Part shown: piece after piece, positions 10,201 through 18,690 of the stretch
How positions within the stretch are numbered: position 1 is the stretch's first letter
How the letters are laid out: the number at the start of each line of letters is the position of its first letter
Assembly (NCBI GenBank): GCA_035438705.1
Contig: DAORIV010000001.1
Span: forward strand, 43,593-107,592
Source of the DNA: Parcubacteria group bacterium
GTDB lineage: Bacteria > Patescibacteriota > Minisyncoccia > Phycocordibacterales > DATDWN01
Length of the DNA stretch: 64,000 nucleotides
Direction of reading: 5' to 3'
Position numbers and translations under genes: made by a program
The notes under the pieces: model-generated
Databases searched by the model: none
Seen by the model: only the letters and a program-made list of their open reading frames with translations
What the model was told of the DNA's origin: nothing

Positions 10201-10269
10201 GCGTACGAGAGGGCTTTCAAGCACATCGATAAGTTGATAAAAGCTGGCACTTTTAATTTTAAGAATTAA
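7255..10269 (+). CDS. large (~1004 aa) highly acidic hypothetical protein with central hydrophobic segment, inserted between fusA and tuf
   Basis: long uninterrupted ORF, D/E-rich, putative TM pair near residues 470-520; no recognisable family. Confidence 0.6.
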   Translation: MSLSTSEDYTPHSGNERVIDLDHLDDLPLNVKQDDKDVLGDFDILHKQLDPEERKSAVVHDFSAYKKPTEIIEGPVSESIDGLDIEDLRTKINSNLEDNNFDAAYNIIQKIDSESVLHAVLSEAITFLIRKKEFSVAKKFVRLIHNMDVYTTELNYILEKERNTDPLSDFKSQNDEVVVNKIEIKKPKKEVEPVFANTEKGSISDINERTIDETNEELISDEDYDNFVKKGDVSGDILVNIADRMARGEKTTERELAIYQTFGPKIELLLRNRKGDKEAVVEGETVETEDSHEVVPSVPEVSSSIENTEKLEKDLEDSRKEFVAQEAVWRAKNQQSKSWFRKNVLGNLGMDKQTPLIPEQSELEEARIVYNLAKKNKLRETIGMGDITVLLEETERERKTLESLKSSYSPKVIKESQLNRDIRTGFLGLNSKEEDGVVYEVEKGVFAEKFESMSQKAMDKWSKLPKPVQIATSTALVTGTSFTFGLAAAAGPLGYAGYRVAKSALFGGVVAQPLGKFVDNIHNRKNKASEEESLEEFSEGINIDNFEEKEAERMARDEKMVDEKKKQRFVKAMTKVAAGGIVSAGMEMSGASSLLFDKGDIDLPGKGTLNVPNDFGDVDKNLDKLEKFRLNAKEVLPTDDKLDNLQEFKPAVSSNLDTTQVVNEAPSDLIIQDIHNLKAQIMSQYGGEVPDSLKPIMEKTPKELIKIFDFNNPGNTDFKPGVDTEDLTIDSNGNVYYVHQDGSRQTLFDSQKGKFYRFDGTEAEKTISSIGTDGSEIYPNGQIGDKVYSKLDFGGNKILTPDPVVQTVGTEVLEGDPIFKTEAVSVLDVKDTTEEEVANNTVSHTELSQGKSVDVFRMGEDKIVSYDGARIGQEVLQNGKKTLVLDDTYQDGEQYRSTREAFSKAFEANATVENVGTNPIAESFEGGKIYITYNIPNDPNSVRVYLNGKEIAVGDTTVVDSKGIPKIKMHGNLKGGWFLVDNAYERAFKHIDKLIKAGTFNFKN

Positions 10270-10272
10270 TAC

Positions 10273-10569
10273 ATGAAAAACATTTTACCAAACGACATAA
10301 TCAAAGAGTGGGGATTGCAATCTTTGCCACAAGAAAAACAACTTGAAATGGTTGAAAGAATAGGGAAGATAATATATCAAGCTCTTATGGTCAGATCATT
10401 AGACATACTTTCTTTAGACGAGCAGGAAGAATTTGACGAGCTGTTAGATCAAGATTCGACTACTCCAGATGATGTTTTGGGTTTTTTACAAAAGAAAATC
10501 AAGAATTTCGACAAGATAGTTTTGGAGGAAAGAAGGAGTCTAAAAAATGATTTATTGATTGAGGTTTGA
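10273..10569 (+). CDS. hypothetical 98-aa acidic protein
   Basis: ORF starting 4 nt after the large protein's stop; likely co-transcribed. Confidence 0.45.
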   Translation: MKNILPNDIIKEWGLQSLPQEKQLEMVERIGKIIYQALMVRSLDILSLDEQEEFDELLDQDSTTPDDVLGFLQKKIKNFDKIVLEERRSLKNDLLIEV

Positions 10570-10572
10570 GGT

Positions 10573-10601
10573 TTGACTATTTCATTATTTTTGTCTAGTA
10601 T
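10573..10601 (+). promoter_or_regulatory. promoter TTGACT-17-TAGTAT for tuf
   Basis: matches the TTGACA-17-TAGTAT element recurring at 15437 and 19316. Confidence 0.5.
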
Positions 10602-10721
10602 AGTAATGCCGTCGGTGTTTTTTTGCATACGGTCCATTTTTAAGTTCCCAAAATTCAGGTTTTCTCGAACACTGAGTTTTTGGAATTTCTCTCTGGTATT
10701 TATATACAGGAGGAAGACAAA

Positions 10722-10742
10722 ATGGCAATTATTAATTATTAA
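10722..10742 (+). other. mini-ORF MAIINY preceded by GGAGG (8-nt spacer) in the tuf leader
   Basis: the only clear SD-like motif seen in the window; 6-codon ORF ending 16 nt before the tuf ATG. Confidence 0.2.
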
Positions 10743-10758
10743 TTAATTTATAAATATT

Positions 10759-11955
10759 ATGGCAGATTTTGATAGATCAAAACCTCACATAAACGTGGGA
10801 ACAATTGGTCACGTTGACCATGGAAAGACAACATTAACAGCAGCTATCCTAAACACATTGGGTAGACAAGGAGCAGGCTACAGCGCAAAAGTTGTAGGTA
10901 TCGATGGTATCGATAAAGCTCCTGAAGAAAAAGCAAGAGGAATCACTATTGCTCTTTCTCACAACGAGTATGAGACACCTACAAGACACTATGCTCACGT
11001 AGATGCTCCAGGACACGCCGACTACATCAAGAACATGATTACTGGTGCCGCTCAAATGGATGGTGCCATCCTAGTGGTTGCTGCAACTGATGGAGTTATG
11101 CCACAAACAAGAGAACACGTTCTTTTGGCAAAACAAGTTGGAGTACCAAAACTTATCGTATTCCTAAACAAATGCGACATGGTACCTGATAAGGAGCTTA
11201 TTGATCTAGTTGAAGAGGAAGTTCGAGAGTTGCTTACAAAACAAGGTTTCGACGGAGCAGGAGCTCCAGTTATCAGAGGTTCAGGACTAAAAGCTCTTGA
11301 GTCAGCTAATAATGATGATGAATGGGCAAAGAAGGTTCTAGAGCTTGCAAACGCACTAGATACATACTTCCCAGTTCCAGAAAGAGATCTTGATAAACCA
11401 TTCCTAATGCCAGTTGAAGACATCTTCTCAATTGAAGGAAGAGGAACAGTGGTAACAGGAAGAATTGAAAGAGGAATTGTTAAGGTTGGAGAGGAAATTG
11501 AATGTGTTGGTCTACACGAGACACAAAAATACACAGTTACTGGTATTGAAATGTTCAATAAATCTCTACAACAAGGACAAGCTGGAGATAACGCAGGTAT
11601 CCTACTTAGAGGTGCTTCAAAGGATGGTGTTCACAGAGGACAAGTTCTTGCTAAGCCAAAATCTGTAACTCCTCACACAGAATTTACAGCTGAGGTGTAC
11701 ATCCTAAAGAAAGAGGAAGGAGGAAGACACACTCCATTCTTCTCTGGATACAAACCACAATTCTACATCAGAACAACAGACGTTACAGGAGATGTGACTC
11801 TAAATGAAGGAGTAGAAATGGTTATGCCAGGAGACCAAGTAACTTTCAAAGTTAAACTTGTTGCCCCAGTAGCTCTAGAAGACAACACTAAGTTTGCTAT
11901 TAGAGAGGGAGGTAAGACTGTGGGAGCGGGAGTTGTAACTAAAATTATAGCCTAA
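10759..11955 (+). CDS. tuf: elongation factor Tu
   Basis: [22 protein letters not shown] motifs; 398 aa. Confidence 0.97.
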   Translation: MADFDRSKPHINVGTIGHVDHGKTTLTAAILNTLGRQGAGYSAKVVGIDGIDKAPEEKARGITIALSHNEYETPTRHYAHVDAPGHADYIKNMITGAAQMDGAILVVAATDGVMPQTREHVLLAKQVGVPKLIVFLNKCDMVPDKELIDLVEEEVRELLTKQGFDGAGAPVIRGSGLKALESANNDDEWAKKVLELANALDTYFPVPERDLDKPFLMPVEDIFSIEGRGTVVTGRIERGIVKVGEEIECVGLHETQKYTVTGIEMFNKSLQQGQAGDNAGILLRGASKDGVHRGQVLAKPKSVTPHTEFTAEVYILKKEEGGRHTPFFSGYKPQFYIRTTDVTGDVTLNEGVEMVMPGDQVTFKVKLVAPVALEDNTKFAIREGGKTVGAGVVTKIIA

Positions 11956-11997
11956 GCCACAGCGTTTCCAAATTTGGTCAATCTCATTGGCTAATAT

Positions 11998-12025
11998 CAA
12001 AAAACCACCATGAGGTGGTTTTTTG
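11998..12025 (+). terminator. rho-independent terminator AAAACCACC-ATGA-GGTGGTTTTTT
   Basis: hairpin plus T-run after tuf. Confidence 0.65.
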
Positions 12026-12044
12026 ATATTTATAATAAAAACAC

Positions 12045-12073
12045 TTGAAATAAAAACACATATCTGTTAGTAT
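12045..12073 (+). promoter_or_regulatory. promoter TTGAAA-17-TAGTAT upstream of rpsJ
   Basis: hexamers with 17-bp spacer. Confidence 0.4.
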
Positions 12074-12095
12074 TCTGAAATCAACAAATTGACAT

Positions 12096-12473
12096 ATGGC
12101 AACTAAAGAAACAACAAAAAAAGCACCTGCAAAGAAAGCTGTAAAAGCTAAATCTAACCCAGATGTTATTTCAAAACTTAGAATACGTGTAAGAGCTTAT
12201 GAATATAAGATTCTAGATGTTTCTGTAAGACAAATCATAGATACAGCTCTTAGATATGATGCTAAAGTAGAGGGTCCTATACCACTTCCTACTGAAGTTA
12301 AGAAATACACTGTAAACCGATCATCATTCGTTTACAAAAACGCTAGAGAGCAGTTTGAGATGCGAGTTCACAAGAGAGTTATCGACATACTAAACCCAAC
12401 TCCAAAGATTATGGAGGCACTGACAAACTTGTCGCTACCTTCAGGAGTAAACATCGACGTAAAGATAATCTAA
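12096..12473 (+). CDS. rpsJ: 30S ribosomal protein S10 with N-terminal K/A-rich extension
   Basis: S10/NusE core (RIRVRAYEYKILD...). Confidence 0.9.
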   Translation: MATKETTKKAPAKKAVKAKSNPDVISKLRIRVRAYEYKILDVSVRQIIDTALRYDAKVEGPIPLPTEVKKYTVNRSSFVYKNAREQFEMRVHKRVIDILNPTPKIMEALTNLSLPSGVNIDVKII

Positions 12474-12476
12474 ACT

Positions 12477-12500
12477 AAAAACCACCGGTAGGTGGTTTTT
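12477..12500 (+). terminator. terminator AAAACCACC-GGTA-GGTGGTTTTT
   Basis: hairpin plus T-run after rpsJ. Confidence 0.6.
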
Positions 12501-12523
12501 AGTTTTGTTTATGATAATGTGAT

Positions 12524-12763
12524 TTGGGGTTATTAATAGTGCACAAACTTATAATTGGGAGTTTTACCAAGCGAGAAATTGGCGAGGTATATACATCTCT
12601 AACTGATCACAGAAGAATTCTTCACAAAGGTCAGAGGTTTAAAGTTGTAGGTATAAGTAATCTAGAAGATTGGATTGCTTGCATGAAAGCTTTGGGCAGT
12701 GAGCCTTACTGGGAAGAGATTGCTATACCTTGTGATTTTTACTACGAAATTGAAACGGACTGA
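12524..12763 (+). CDS. hypothetical ~75-aa protein between rpsJ and rplC (start uncertain, TTG/GTG)
   Basis: ORF with its own downstream hairpin AACGGAC...GTCCGTT + T-run (12754-12790). Confidence 0.3.
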   Translation: MGLLIVHKLIIGSFTKREIGEVYTSLTDHRRILHKGQRFKVVGISNLEDWIACMKALGSEPYWEEIAIPCDFYYEIETD

Positions 12764-12794
12764 CAGGTGTTGTCGGTCCGTTTTCTTTTAGGAC

Positions 12795-12823
12795 TTGATA
12801 TTAAATTCACTTTCTGCTAATGT
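12795..12823 (+). promoter_or_regulatory. promoter TTGATA-17-TAATGT upstream of rplC (followed by ~105-nt leader)
   Basis: hexamers with 17-bp spacer. Confidence 0.4.
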
Positions 12824-12933
12824 ATGCAAATCGCCTTTTGGGGCTAGTTTTGAAGGAGACTATCGATGGGCAATGTTGAGGAAAATCTTTCCTCGTTACT
12901 GTCCGAAAAATGTCTCCAAATTAAATAAATAAT

Positions 12934-13542
12934 ATGAAATTTTTATTGGGTACAAAAGTAAATATGACACAAATCTTCGATGAGAAGGGTATTGTGCATC
13001 CTGCAACTGTTATAAAAACAGGTCCTATGACTGTTACTCAAGTAAAGACAGTTGAAACTGATGGATACAATGCTGTCCAAGTAGGTTTTGGTGTAAGAAA
13101 TGCAAAGAATATAAACAAAGCTCTTAAGGGTCATATGAAGGAAGGAAATTTTGCAAACTTAGTAGAATTCAGATTGGATGATGTTTCTGGATTTAAAGTT
13201 GGAGATGTTTTACCACTGTCATTTGTTGCAGGAGATGTAGTTACAACTTCAAGTATTTCAAAAGGAAAAGGATTCCAAGGAGGTGTTAAGAGACACGGTT
13301 TCAAAGGAGGTCCAAGATCTCACGGTCAAAAGCACTCAGAGAGAGAACCAGGTTCACTTGGAGGAGGAGGAAGAGATGGAGGAAGAGTTGCTAAGGGAAA
13401 GAGAATGGCAGGAAGAATGGGTGGGGATGTTATTACCTCAAAAGGTCTTACAATAGTTTCTGTGAATGCAGATACAAATGAAGTATTTGTTAGAGGTGCA
13501 GTGGCTGGTAGAAAAGGAACTCTTGTAGAGATTCTAGGTTAG
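12934..13542 (+). CDS. rplC: 50S ribosomal protein L3
   Basis: L3 family, 202 aa. Confidence 0.93.
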   Translation: MKFLLGTKVNMTQIFDEKGIVHPATVIKTGPMTVTQVKTVETDGYNAVQVGFGVRNAKNINKALKGHMKEGNFANLVEFRLDDVSGFKVGDVLPLSFVAGDVVTTSSISKGKGFQGGVKRHGFKGGPRSHGQKHSEREPGSLGGGGRDGGRVAKGKRMAGRMGGDVITSKGLTIVSVNADTNEVFVRGAVAGRKGTLVEILG

Positions 13543-13562
13543 GATAAATAGAAAATAAAAAT

Positions 13563-14234
13563 ATGGAAACAATAGTTTACAACTTAAAAGGAAAAGAAGC
13601 GGGAAAGGTAAAACTACCTGAATCTGTTTTTGGTCTAAAATGGAATGCAGACTTGGTTCACCAGGTTGTAACTTCTATGCAGTCTAGTGCTAGAGTTAAT
13701 GTTGCTCATACTAAAACTAGAGGAGAAGTTTCTGGAGGAGGAAAGAAGCCATGGCAACAAAAGGGAACAGGAAGAGCTAGACATGGTTCTACACGTTCAC
13801 CTATCTGGAGACATGGAGGTATTACTCATGGTCCTAGAAATGACAAAGACTATACAAGAAAGATAAACAAGAAAATGAAAGCTAAAGCTTTGTATACTAT
13901 TCTTTCTGCAAAATTCTCAAAAGGCCAGATTTTCTTTGTTGATGACCTATCTTTAAAATCAATTAAGACTAAAGATGCCAGAGAGACACTTGCTTCTTTT
14001 GCGAAAGTGGAAGGGTTCAAGGATATTCTTTCAAAGAAGAAAAATTCAGCTTATATTGCTTTATCTAATAAAGACGTAAATACAGAAAAAAGTTTCAGAA
14101 ATCTAAACAACTTACTTGTTGATGAAATTAGAAATATGAGCCCTCTAGATTTGATGAAATATAAATATGTTGTTATCTCTAATCCAGAAAAAGGTCTACC
14201 TCAAATAACAGAGAAACTTACTGCTAAAAAATAA
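13563..14234 (+). CDS. rplD: 50S ribosomal protein L4
   Basis: L4 family, conserved gene order. Confidence 0.9.
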   Translation: METIVYNLKGKEAGKVKLPESVFGLKWNADLVHQVVTSMQSSARVNVAHTKTRGEVSGGGKKPWQQKGTGRARHGSTRSPIWRHGGITHGPRNDKDYTRKINKKMKAKALYTILSAKFSKGQIFFVDDLSLKSIKTKDARETLASFAKVEGFKDILSKKKNSAYIALSNKDVNTEKSFRNLNNLLVDEIRNMSPLDLMKYKYVVISNPEKGLPQITEKLTAKK

Positions 14235-14239
14235 AAATT

Positions 14240-14521
14240 ATGAAGAAAGACTTAAACAAAGTAATAATTCGCCCACACATTACAGAGAAAGCAACAATTT
14301 CTTCTGAGAAATCTGTTTATGTTTTTGAAGTAGATTCAAAATCAACTAAAGCTTCTATAACTAGATCTTTTGAAGAGAAATATAAAATATCTCCAGTAAA
14401 AGTTTCAACAGTTACAATCCCAGCTAAATCTGTTTTTGTAAGAGGTAAAAAGGGGAGTAAGTCTGGATACAAAAAAGCTTATGTTTATCTAAAACCAGGA
14501 ACTAAGATAGAGAATCTATAA
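14240..14521 (+). CDS. rplW: 50S ribosomal protein L23
   Basis: L23 family, 93 aa. Confidence 0.85.
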   Translation: MKKDLNKVIIRPHITEKATISSEKSVYVFEVDSKSTKASITRSFEEKYKISPVKVSTVTIPAKSVFVRGKKGSKSGYKKAYVYLKPGTKIENL

Positions 14522-14537
14522 TATTTAATACAAGATT

Positions 14538-15380
14538 ATGAAACGATATAAACCAACATCAAAATCACGAAGAGCAATGACCACTATTTCTTTTGGTGAT
14601 TTTGTAACTGTAAATGAGCCAGTTAAGTCTCTAACTCACGGTTTTAGAAGACAAATGGGAAGAAACCATCATGGTAAAGTTACAACTCGACATAAGGGCG
14701 GAGGACACAAGAGGCTATTTAGAGAGATTGATTTTAGATATAACAAAATAGATGTTCCTTACACTATAAAAACAGTAGAGTATGATCCAAATAGATCAGG
14801 ATTCATCGGTCTAGCTCAATATCATGATGGTGAGAAAAGATATGTTCTACTTCCACAATCTGTAAAAGTTGGTGATGTTAGAATTACATCTAGTAATGCT
14901 GAGCAAATACCTGGAAACAGACTACAACTTAAAAATATAAACGCTGGTACATTTATATATAACGTAGAAGTTAAGCCAGAAGGTGGGGCTAAACTAGGAA
15001 GATCAGCAGGGAACTATGTAGAACTTGTGGCTAAAGATGCTGGAATGGTAGACATAAAGCTTCCTTCTACTGAAGTTAGAAAAATAAAGGATACTGCTTG
15101 GGCATCTATCGGAGAAGTTTCAAATAATGAAAACAGATTAGTAAATCTTGGAAAAGCTGGAAGAAGTAGATGGCTTGGTATACGACCTACGGTTAAAGGT
15201 ACAGCTCAAAACCCTGTTGACCACCCACACGGAGGAGGAGAAGGAAGACAAGGTAGAGGTAGAAAGAGAGCAATCTCAGTTTATGGTAAACCAACAGGTA
15301 AAGGACAAAAATCTAGAACACCTAAGAAATACTCAAACAAATTCATCGTGTCTCGCCGAAAGGTTGGAAAGAGAAAGTAA
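14538..15380 (+). CDS. rplB: 50S ribosomal protein L2
   Basis: L2 family (GRNHHGK..TTRHKGGGHKR, DHPHGGGEG). Confidence 0.95.
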   Translation: MKRYKPTSKSRRAMTTISFGDFVTVNEPVKSLTHGFRRQMGRNHHGKVTTRHKGGGHKRLFREIDFRYNKIDVPYTIKTVEYDPNRSGFIGLAQYHDGEKRYVLLPQSVKVGDVRITSSNAEQIPGNRLQLKNINAGTFIYNVEVKPEGGAKLGRSAGNYVELVAKDAGMVDIKLPSTEVRKIKDTAWASIGEVSNNENRLVNLGKAGRSRWLGIRPTVKGTAQNPVDHPHGGGEGRQGRGRKRAISVYGKPTGKGQKSRTPKKYSNKFIVSRRKVGKRK

Positions 15381-15393
15381 GAGTTTTCAAAAC

Positions 15394-15419
15394 AAAAGCG
15401 CCGAAAGGCGTTTTTGTTT
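15394..15419 (+). terminator. terminator AAGCGCC-GAAA-GGCGTTTTT inside the S10 cluster
   Basis: GNRA-looped hairpin plus T-run directly after rplB. Confidence 0.6.
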
Positions 15420-15436
15420 GAAATAGTGAATAAGTG

Positions 15437-15465
15437 TTGACATTTAACCTGCTTTTGTATAGTAT
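15437..15465 (+). promoter_or_regulatory. promoter TTGACA-17-TAGTAT (internal, before rpsS)
   Basis: perfect -35, 17-bp spacer, TAGTAT -10. Confidence 0.55.
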
Positions 15466-15686
15466 GACTGGCACTGAAGTGAAATTGGGTAGGGACCCAA
15501 TTGTAAAACCTTGAGTGTTCTGCTATTTAATTAATAGCAGAAAGCGAAAGGTGTACAGAACCTGTAAGGTTTTGCTTCGATCCATTAGGGATTTGAAGTA
15601 AGTCAGTACCACACGATTTAAATTTACTGAGTGGTTTTCTTTTTGCCAGTAGGCTTATACGGGCAGGGAATTAAAATAGACAAAAT
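15466..15686 (+). ncRNA. ~220-nt structured leader / candidate regulatory RNA upstream of rpsS
   Basis: perfect hairpins ATTGGGT-AGGG-ACCCAAT and CTGCTATT-..-AATAGCAG plus further stems between promoter and rpsS ATG. Confidence 0.3.
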
Positions 15687-16031
15687 ATGACAAGATCATC
15701 AAAAAAAGGTCCATATGTAGACGAAAGACTCCTTAAGAAAATTGAGGGTAAAAAGCCTATAGAAACAGGTGTTATTAAAACATGGTCAAGAGCATGTGTT
15801 ATTTCTCCTGAAATGGTAGGTTTTATTTTTGGTGTACATAACGGTAAGTCTCACATAGAGGTTTTGGTTTCTGAAGATATGGTGGGTCACAGACTAGGCG
15901 AGTTTTCTCCTACTAAGAAATTCATAAAACACGGAGGTAAGATGCAAAAAGAGCTAGAAATCAAGAAGAAGGAAAGTGAAATCGCTTCTGCTCAGGCAGC
16001 AAAGGCGGCTACTTCTGATGCAAAGAAATAA
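15687..16031 (+). CDS. rpsS: 30S ribosomal protein S19 with K/A-rich C-terminal extension
   Basis: S19 core, 114 aa. Confidence 0.9.
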   Translation: MTRSSKKGPYVDERLLKKIEGKKPIETGVIKTWSRACVISPEMVGFIFGVHNGKSHIEVLVSEDMVGHRLGEFSPTKKFIKHGGKMQKELEIKKKESEIASAQAAKAATSDAKK

Positions 16032-16044
16032 TTAATAAACGAAT

Positions 16045-16479
16045 ATGAAGACAGCACAAGCAACATTAAGAAACTTTAGACAATCACCTCGAAAAATGAG
16101 AATGGTTGTTAATGCTGTGAGAGGTAAAAAAGTCTCAGACGTTTTAGTTAACCTTGATTTCGTCGCAAAAAGAGCTTCACTTCCAGTAAAGAATCTTATT
16201 CTTTCTGCTTTAGCAAATGCTAAGAACCTAGATATTCCTACAGAGAATTTGGTAATAAAAACAATAAAAGTTGATGGTGGAAGTATAATGTATAGAAGAA
16301 GACCAGCTTCTAGAGGAAGTGCTCACCCTATTAGAAAAAGAACAAGTTCTATCTTTGTTGAATTAGGAGAAGTAGAATCAAAAAAGAAAACAAAGGTAGT
16401 TAAGGAAGAAGTTTCAGAAGAGTCTAAGGAGGTTAAGGTAAAAGCAAAAAAGCCAAGAGCTAAAAAAGCAACAAAATAA
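16045..16479 (+). CDS. rplV: 50S ribosomal protein L22 (with basic C-terminal extension)
   Basis: L22 family, conserved order. Confidence 0.9.
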   Translation: MKTAQATLRNFRQSPRKMRMVVNAVRGKKVSDVLVNLDFVAKRASLPVKNLILSALANAKNLDIPTENLVIKTIKVDGGSIMYRRRPASRGSAHPIRKRTSSIFVELGEVESKKKTKVVKEEVSEESKEVKVKAKKPRAKKATK

Positions 16480-16483
16480 TAAT

Positions 16484-17143
16484 ATGACACATACAGTTCA
16501 CCCATATTCACATAGACTTGGAATCATAAGAGATTGGAAATCTCGATGGTTTGGAGTAAAAAGTAAATACAAAGACTTTCTAAAGAGTGACGTTTTGCTT
16601 AGAGAATATCTTGAAAAGAAGTTTAGAGGATTTTACGTAAGTAATGTTGAAATGGAAAGAGGAGAAAAATTCCTAAGAATCATAATTGAAACTTCAAGAC
16701 CTGGAATGATTATCGGCAGAAGTGGAGATGGTGCTGTAAAACTAAAAAATGATATTTTGAAATTTATCAATAGAAATAAACTTGTTTCAGGTGGAGAGGT
16801 GAAGGTTGATATAAAGGAAATAAAATCTCCAGAATCTAACGCTTCTATCGTTGCTCAAATGGTAGCTGATGGTCTAGAAAAGAGATTACCTTTCAGAAGA
16901 GTTACAAAACAAATGGTAGAGAAAGTAATGGCAAATAGAGATGTAAAGGGTGTAAGAATCATCCTTTCTGGAATTCTAGGTGGTAACTCAATGGCAAGAA
17001 CAGAAATGATTAAGAAGGGAAGAGTGCCTCTACAGACTTTTAGAGCAGATATTGATTATGCACAATCTACTGCAAGACTTACTCTCGGAGCTGTTGGAGT
17101 AAAAGTTTGGATATATAAGGGAGATATTTTTGCAAAGAAATAA
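16484..17143 (+). CDS. rpsC: 30S ribosomal protein S3
   Basis: S3 family (KH domain), 219 aa. Confidence 0.93.
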   Translation: MTHTVHPYSHRLGIIRDWKSRWFGVKSKYKDFLKSDVLLREYLEKKFRGFYVSNVEMERGEKFLRIIIETSRPGMIIGRSGDGAVKLKNDILKFINRNKLVSGGEVKVDIKEIKSPESNASIVAQMVADGLEKRLPFRRVTKQMVEKVMANRDVKGVRIILSGILGGNSMARTEMIKKGRVPLQTFRADIDYAQSTARLTLGAVGVKVWIYKGDIFAKK

Positions 17144-17166
17144 TTTAAGTATTAATAATAAATACC

Positions 17167-17589
17167 ATGTTGTTACCAAAAAAAGTAAAATATAGAAAAT
17201 GGCACACTATGAGAAAAAACCCTAATAAGGTTGGGGTTGCTTCTCGTGGAGCTACTATCTCATTTGGTTCACATGCTATTAAAGCAGTTCAAGGTGCAAG
17301 AATAATGTCTAATCAAATTGAGGCCGCAAGAAAGGCATTGTCTAGAGCTTTAGGTAAAACTGGAAAAATCTGGATCAGAGTTTTCCCAGATATGCCACTT
17401 ACAAAAAAGCCTGCTGAAGTAAAACTTGGAAAAGGAAAGGGAGATTTGTTTGGATATTGTGCTCCAGTAAAACCTGGAAGAATAATATTTGAAGTGGATG
17501 GTGTTACAGATGCTGTTGCTAGAGAAGCTTTGAGAAAGGCGGGAACAAAGCTTCCTTTGAATACAAAAATCATAGCAAAAGCGCACTAG
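17167..17589 (+). CDS. rplP: 50S ribosomal protein L16
   Basis: L16 family, 140 aa. Confidence 0.93.
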   Translation: MLLPKKVKYRKWHTMRKNPNKVGVASRGATISFGSHAIKAVQGARIMSNQIEAARKALSRALGKTGKIWIRVFPDMPLTKKPAEVKLGKGKGDLFGYCAPVKPGRIIFEVDGVTDAVAREALRKAGTKLPLNTKIIAKAH

Positions 17590-17604
17590 AATAATATAAA
17601 TACT

Positions 17605-17790
17605 ATGAAGATAAAAGAATTAGTAAAAAAGAATAATGCGGAACTAGTTAAGACTCTTTCAGAAAAGAGAACAGCTTTGAGGGACTTTAGATTTTCTGTA
17701 AGCGGAAGTAATGTTAGAAATGTTAAAGAGGGTAAAGTTCTTAAGAAAGATATTGCTAGAATTCTTACTTTGTTAAACAAGAAAGCATAA
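17605..17790 (+). CDS. rpmC: 50S ribosomal protein L29
   Basis: 61 aa, L29-like, conserved position. Confidence 0.85.
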   Translation: MKIKELVKKNNAELVKTLSEKRTALRDFRFSVSGSNVRNVKEGKVLKKDIARILTLLNKKA

Positions 17791-17804
17791 TCTAAAAAAA
17801 GTAT

Positions 17805-18053
17805 ATGAAAAAAACTGAAAATAAAACAAAATATGCAGGTAAGATGGATGGTGTGGTAGTTTCTGACAAAATGAAAGACACTGTGGTGGTTAAGGTAAAA
17901 AGATTTGTAAAACACCCGAAATATGATAAATATACATCTATCGATAAGAGATATAAGGCTCATGATGCTGGAAATACGAAGAAAGTAGGGGACAAAGTAA
18001 CAATTGTAGAAACAGCACCAGTTTCAAAAGATAAGAGACACAAGGTAATTTAA
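17805..18053 (+). CDS. rpsQ: 30S ribosomal protein S17
   Basis: S17 family, 82 aa. Confidence 0.9.
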   Translation: MKKTENKTKYAGKMDGVVVSDKMKDTVVVKVKRFVKHPKYDKYTSIDKRYKAHDAGNTKKVGDKVTIVETAPVSKDKRHKVI

Positions 18054-18070
18054 AACATAAACTTAATTAT

Positions 18071-18442
18071 ATGATACAACCAAGATCAATCGTAAAAATT
18101 GCTGATAACTCCGGAGGTAAAATCGGAAGAGTTTTCAAGGTGCTTGGTTCATCTAAAAAAAGATATGCAAGAATAGGTGAGGTCGTAGTTATTTCAGTTC
18201 AGAAAGCTGAGCCTAGAAAAACTACAAAGAAAAAAGATGTTCTATACGCTTTAGTTGTTAGACAAAAAGCTCCATTTAGAAGAAAAGATGGGTCATATAT
18301 TAGATTTGATGAAAATGCGGTTGTAATCGTAATGAAAGACAAGCCGGAACCAGTTGCAGGAAGAATCTTTGGACCTATTCCAAGAGAGATTGGAGAGGTT
18401 GGATATCAAAAAATTATCTCTCTAGCTCCAGAAGTTGTATAA
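18071..18442 (+). CDS. rplN: 50S ribosomal protein L14
   Basis: L14 family, 123 aa. Confidence 0.93.
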   Translation: MIQPRSIVKIADNSGGKIGRVFKVLGSSKKRYARIGEVVVISVQKAEPRKTTKKKDVLYALVVRQKAPFRRKDGSYIRFDENAVVIVMKDKPEPVAGRIFGPIPREIGEVGYQKIISLAPEVV

Positions 18443-18460
18443 GGTATAACTTTAAATATT

Positions 18461-18679
18461 ATGCATATAAAAAAAGACGACAAAGTAATAGTGTTAACAG
18501 GAAAAGATAAGGGTAAAACTGGTTCTGTTATTAAATCTATGCCTAAAGAGGGTAAGGTTATTGTTTCAGGAATAAATATTTCAAAGAAGCACCAAAGAGC
18601 AAGAAAGTCTGGAGAAACTGGACAAGTTTTGGATAAAGCGATGCCAATAAGTAGTTCAAATGTTAAAAAGGTAAAATAA
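18461..18679 (+). CDS. rplX: 50S ribosomal protein L24 (short, KOW domain only)
   Basis: KKDDKVIVLTGKDKGKTG KOW motif, 72 aa. Confidence 0.85.
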   Translation: MHIKKDDKVIVLTGKDKGKTGSVIKSMPKEGKVIVSGINISKKHQRARKSGETGQVLDKAMPISSSNVKKVK

Positions 18680-18690
18680 TATATAAAAAG

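Noticed and set aside
12024-12036. TTGATA..TATAAT upstream of rpsJ as promoter
   Set aside because: Spacer only 2 nt. The TTGAAA-17-TAGTAT at 12045-12073 fits better.
15148-15426. ORF 15148..15426 (+) overlapping the end of rplB
   Set aside because: Alternative frame of rplB running through its terminator; no independent support.
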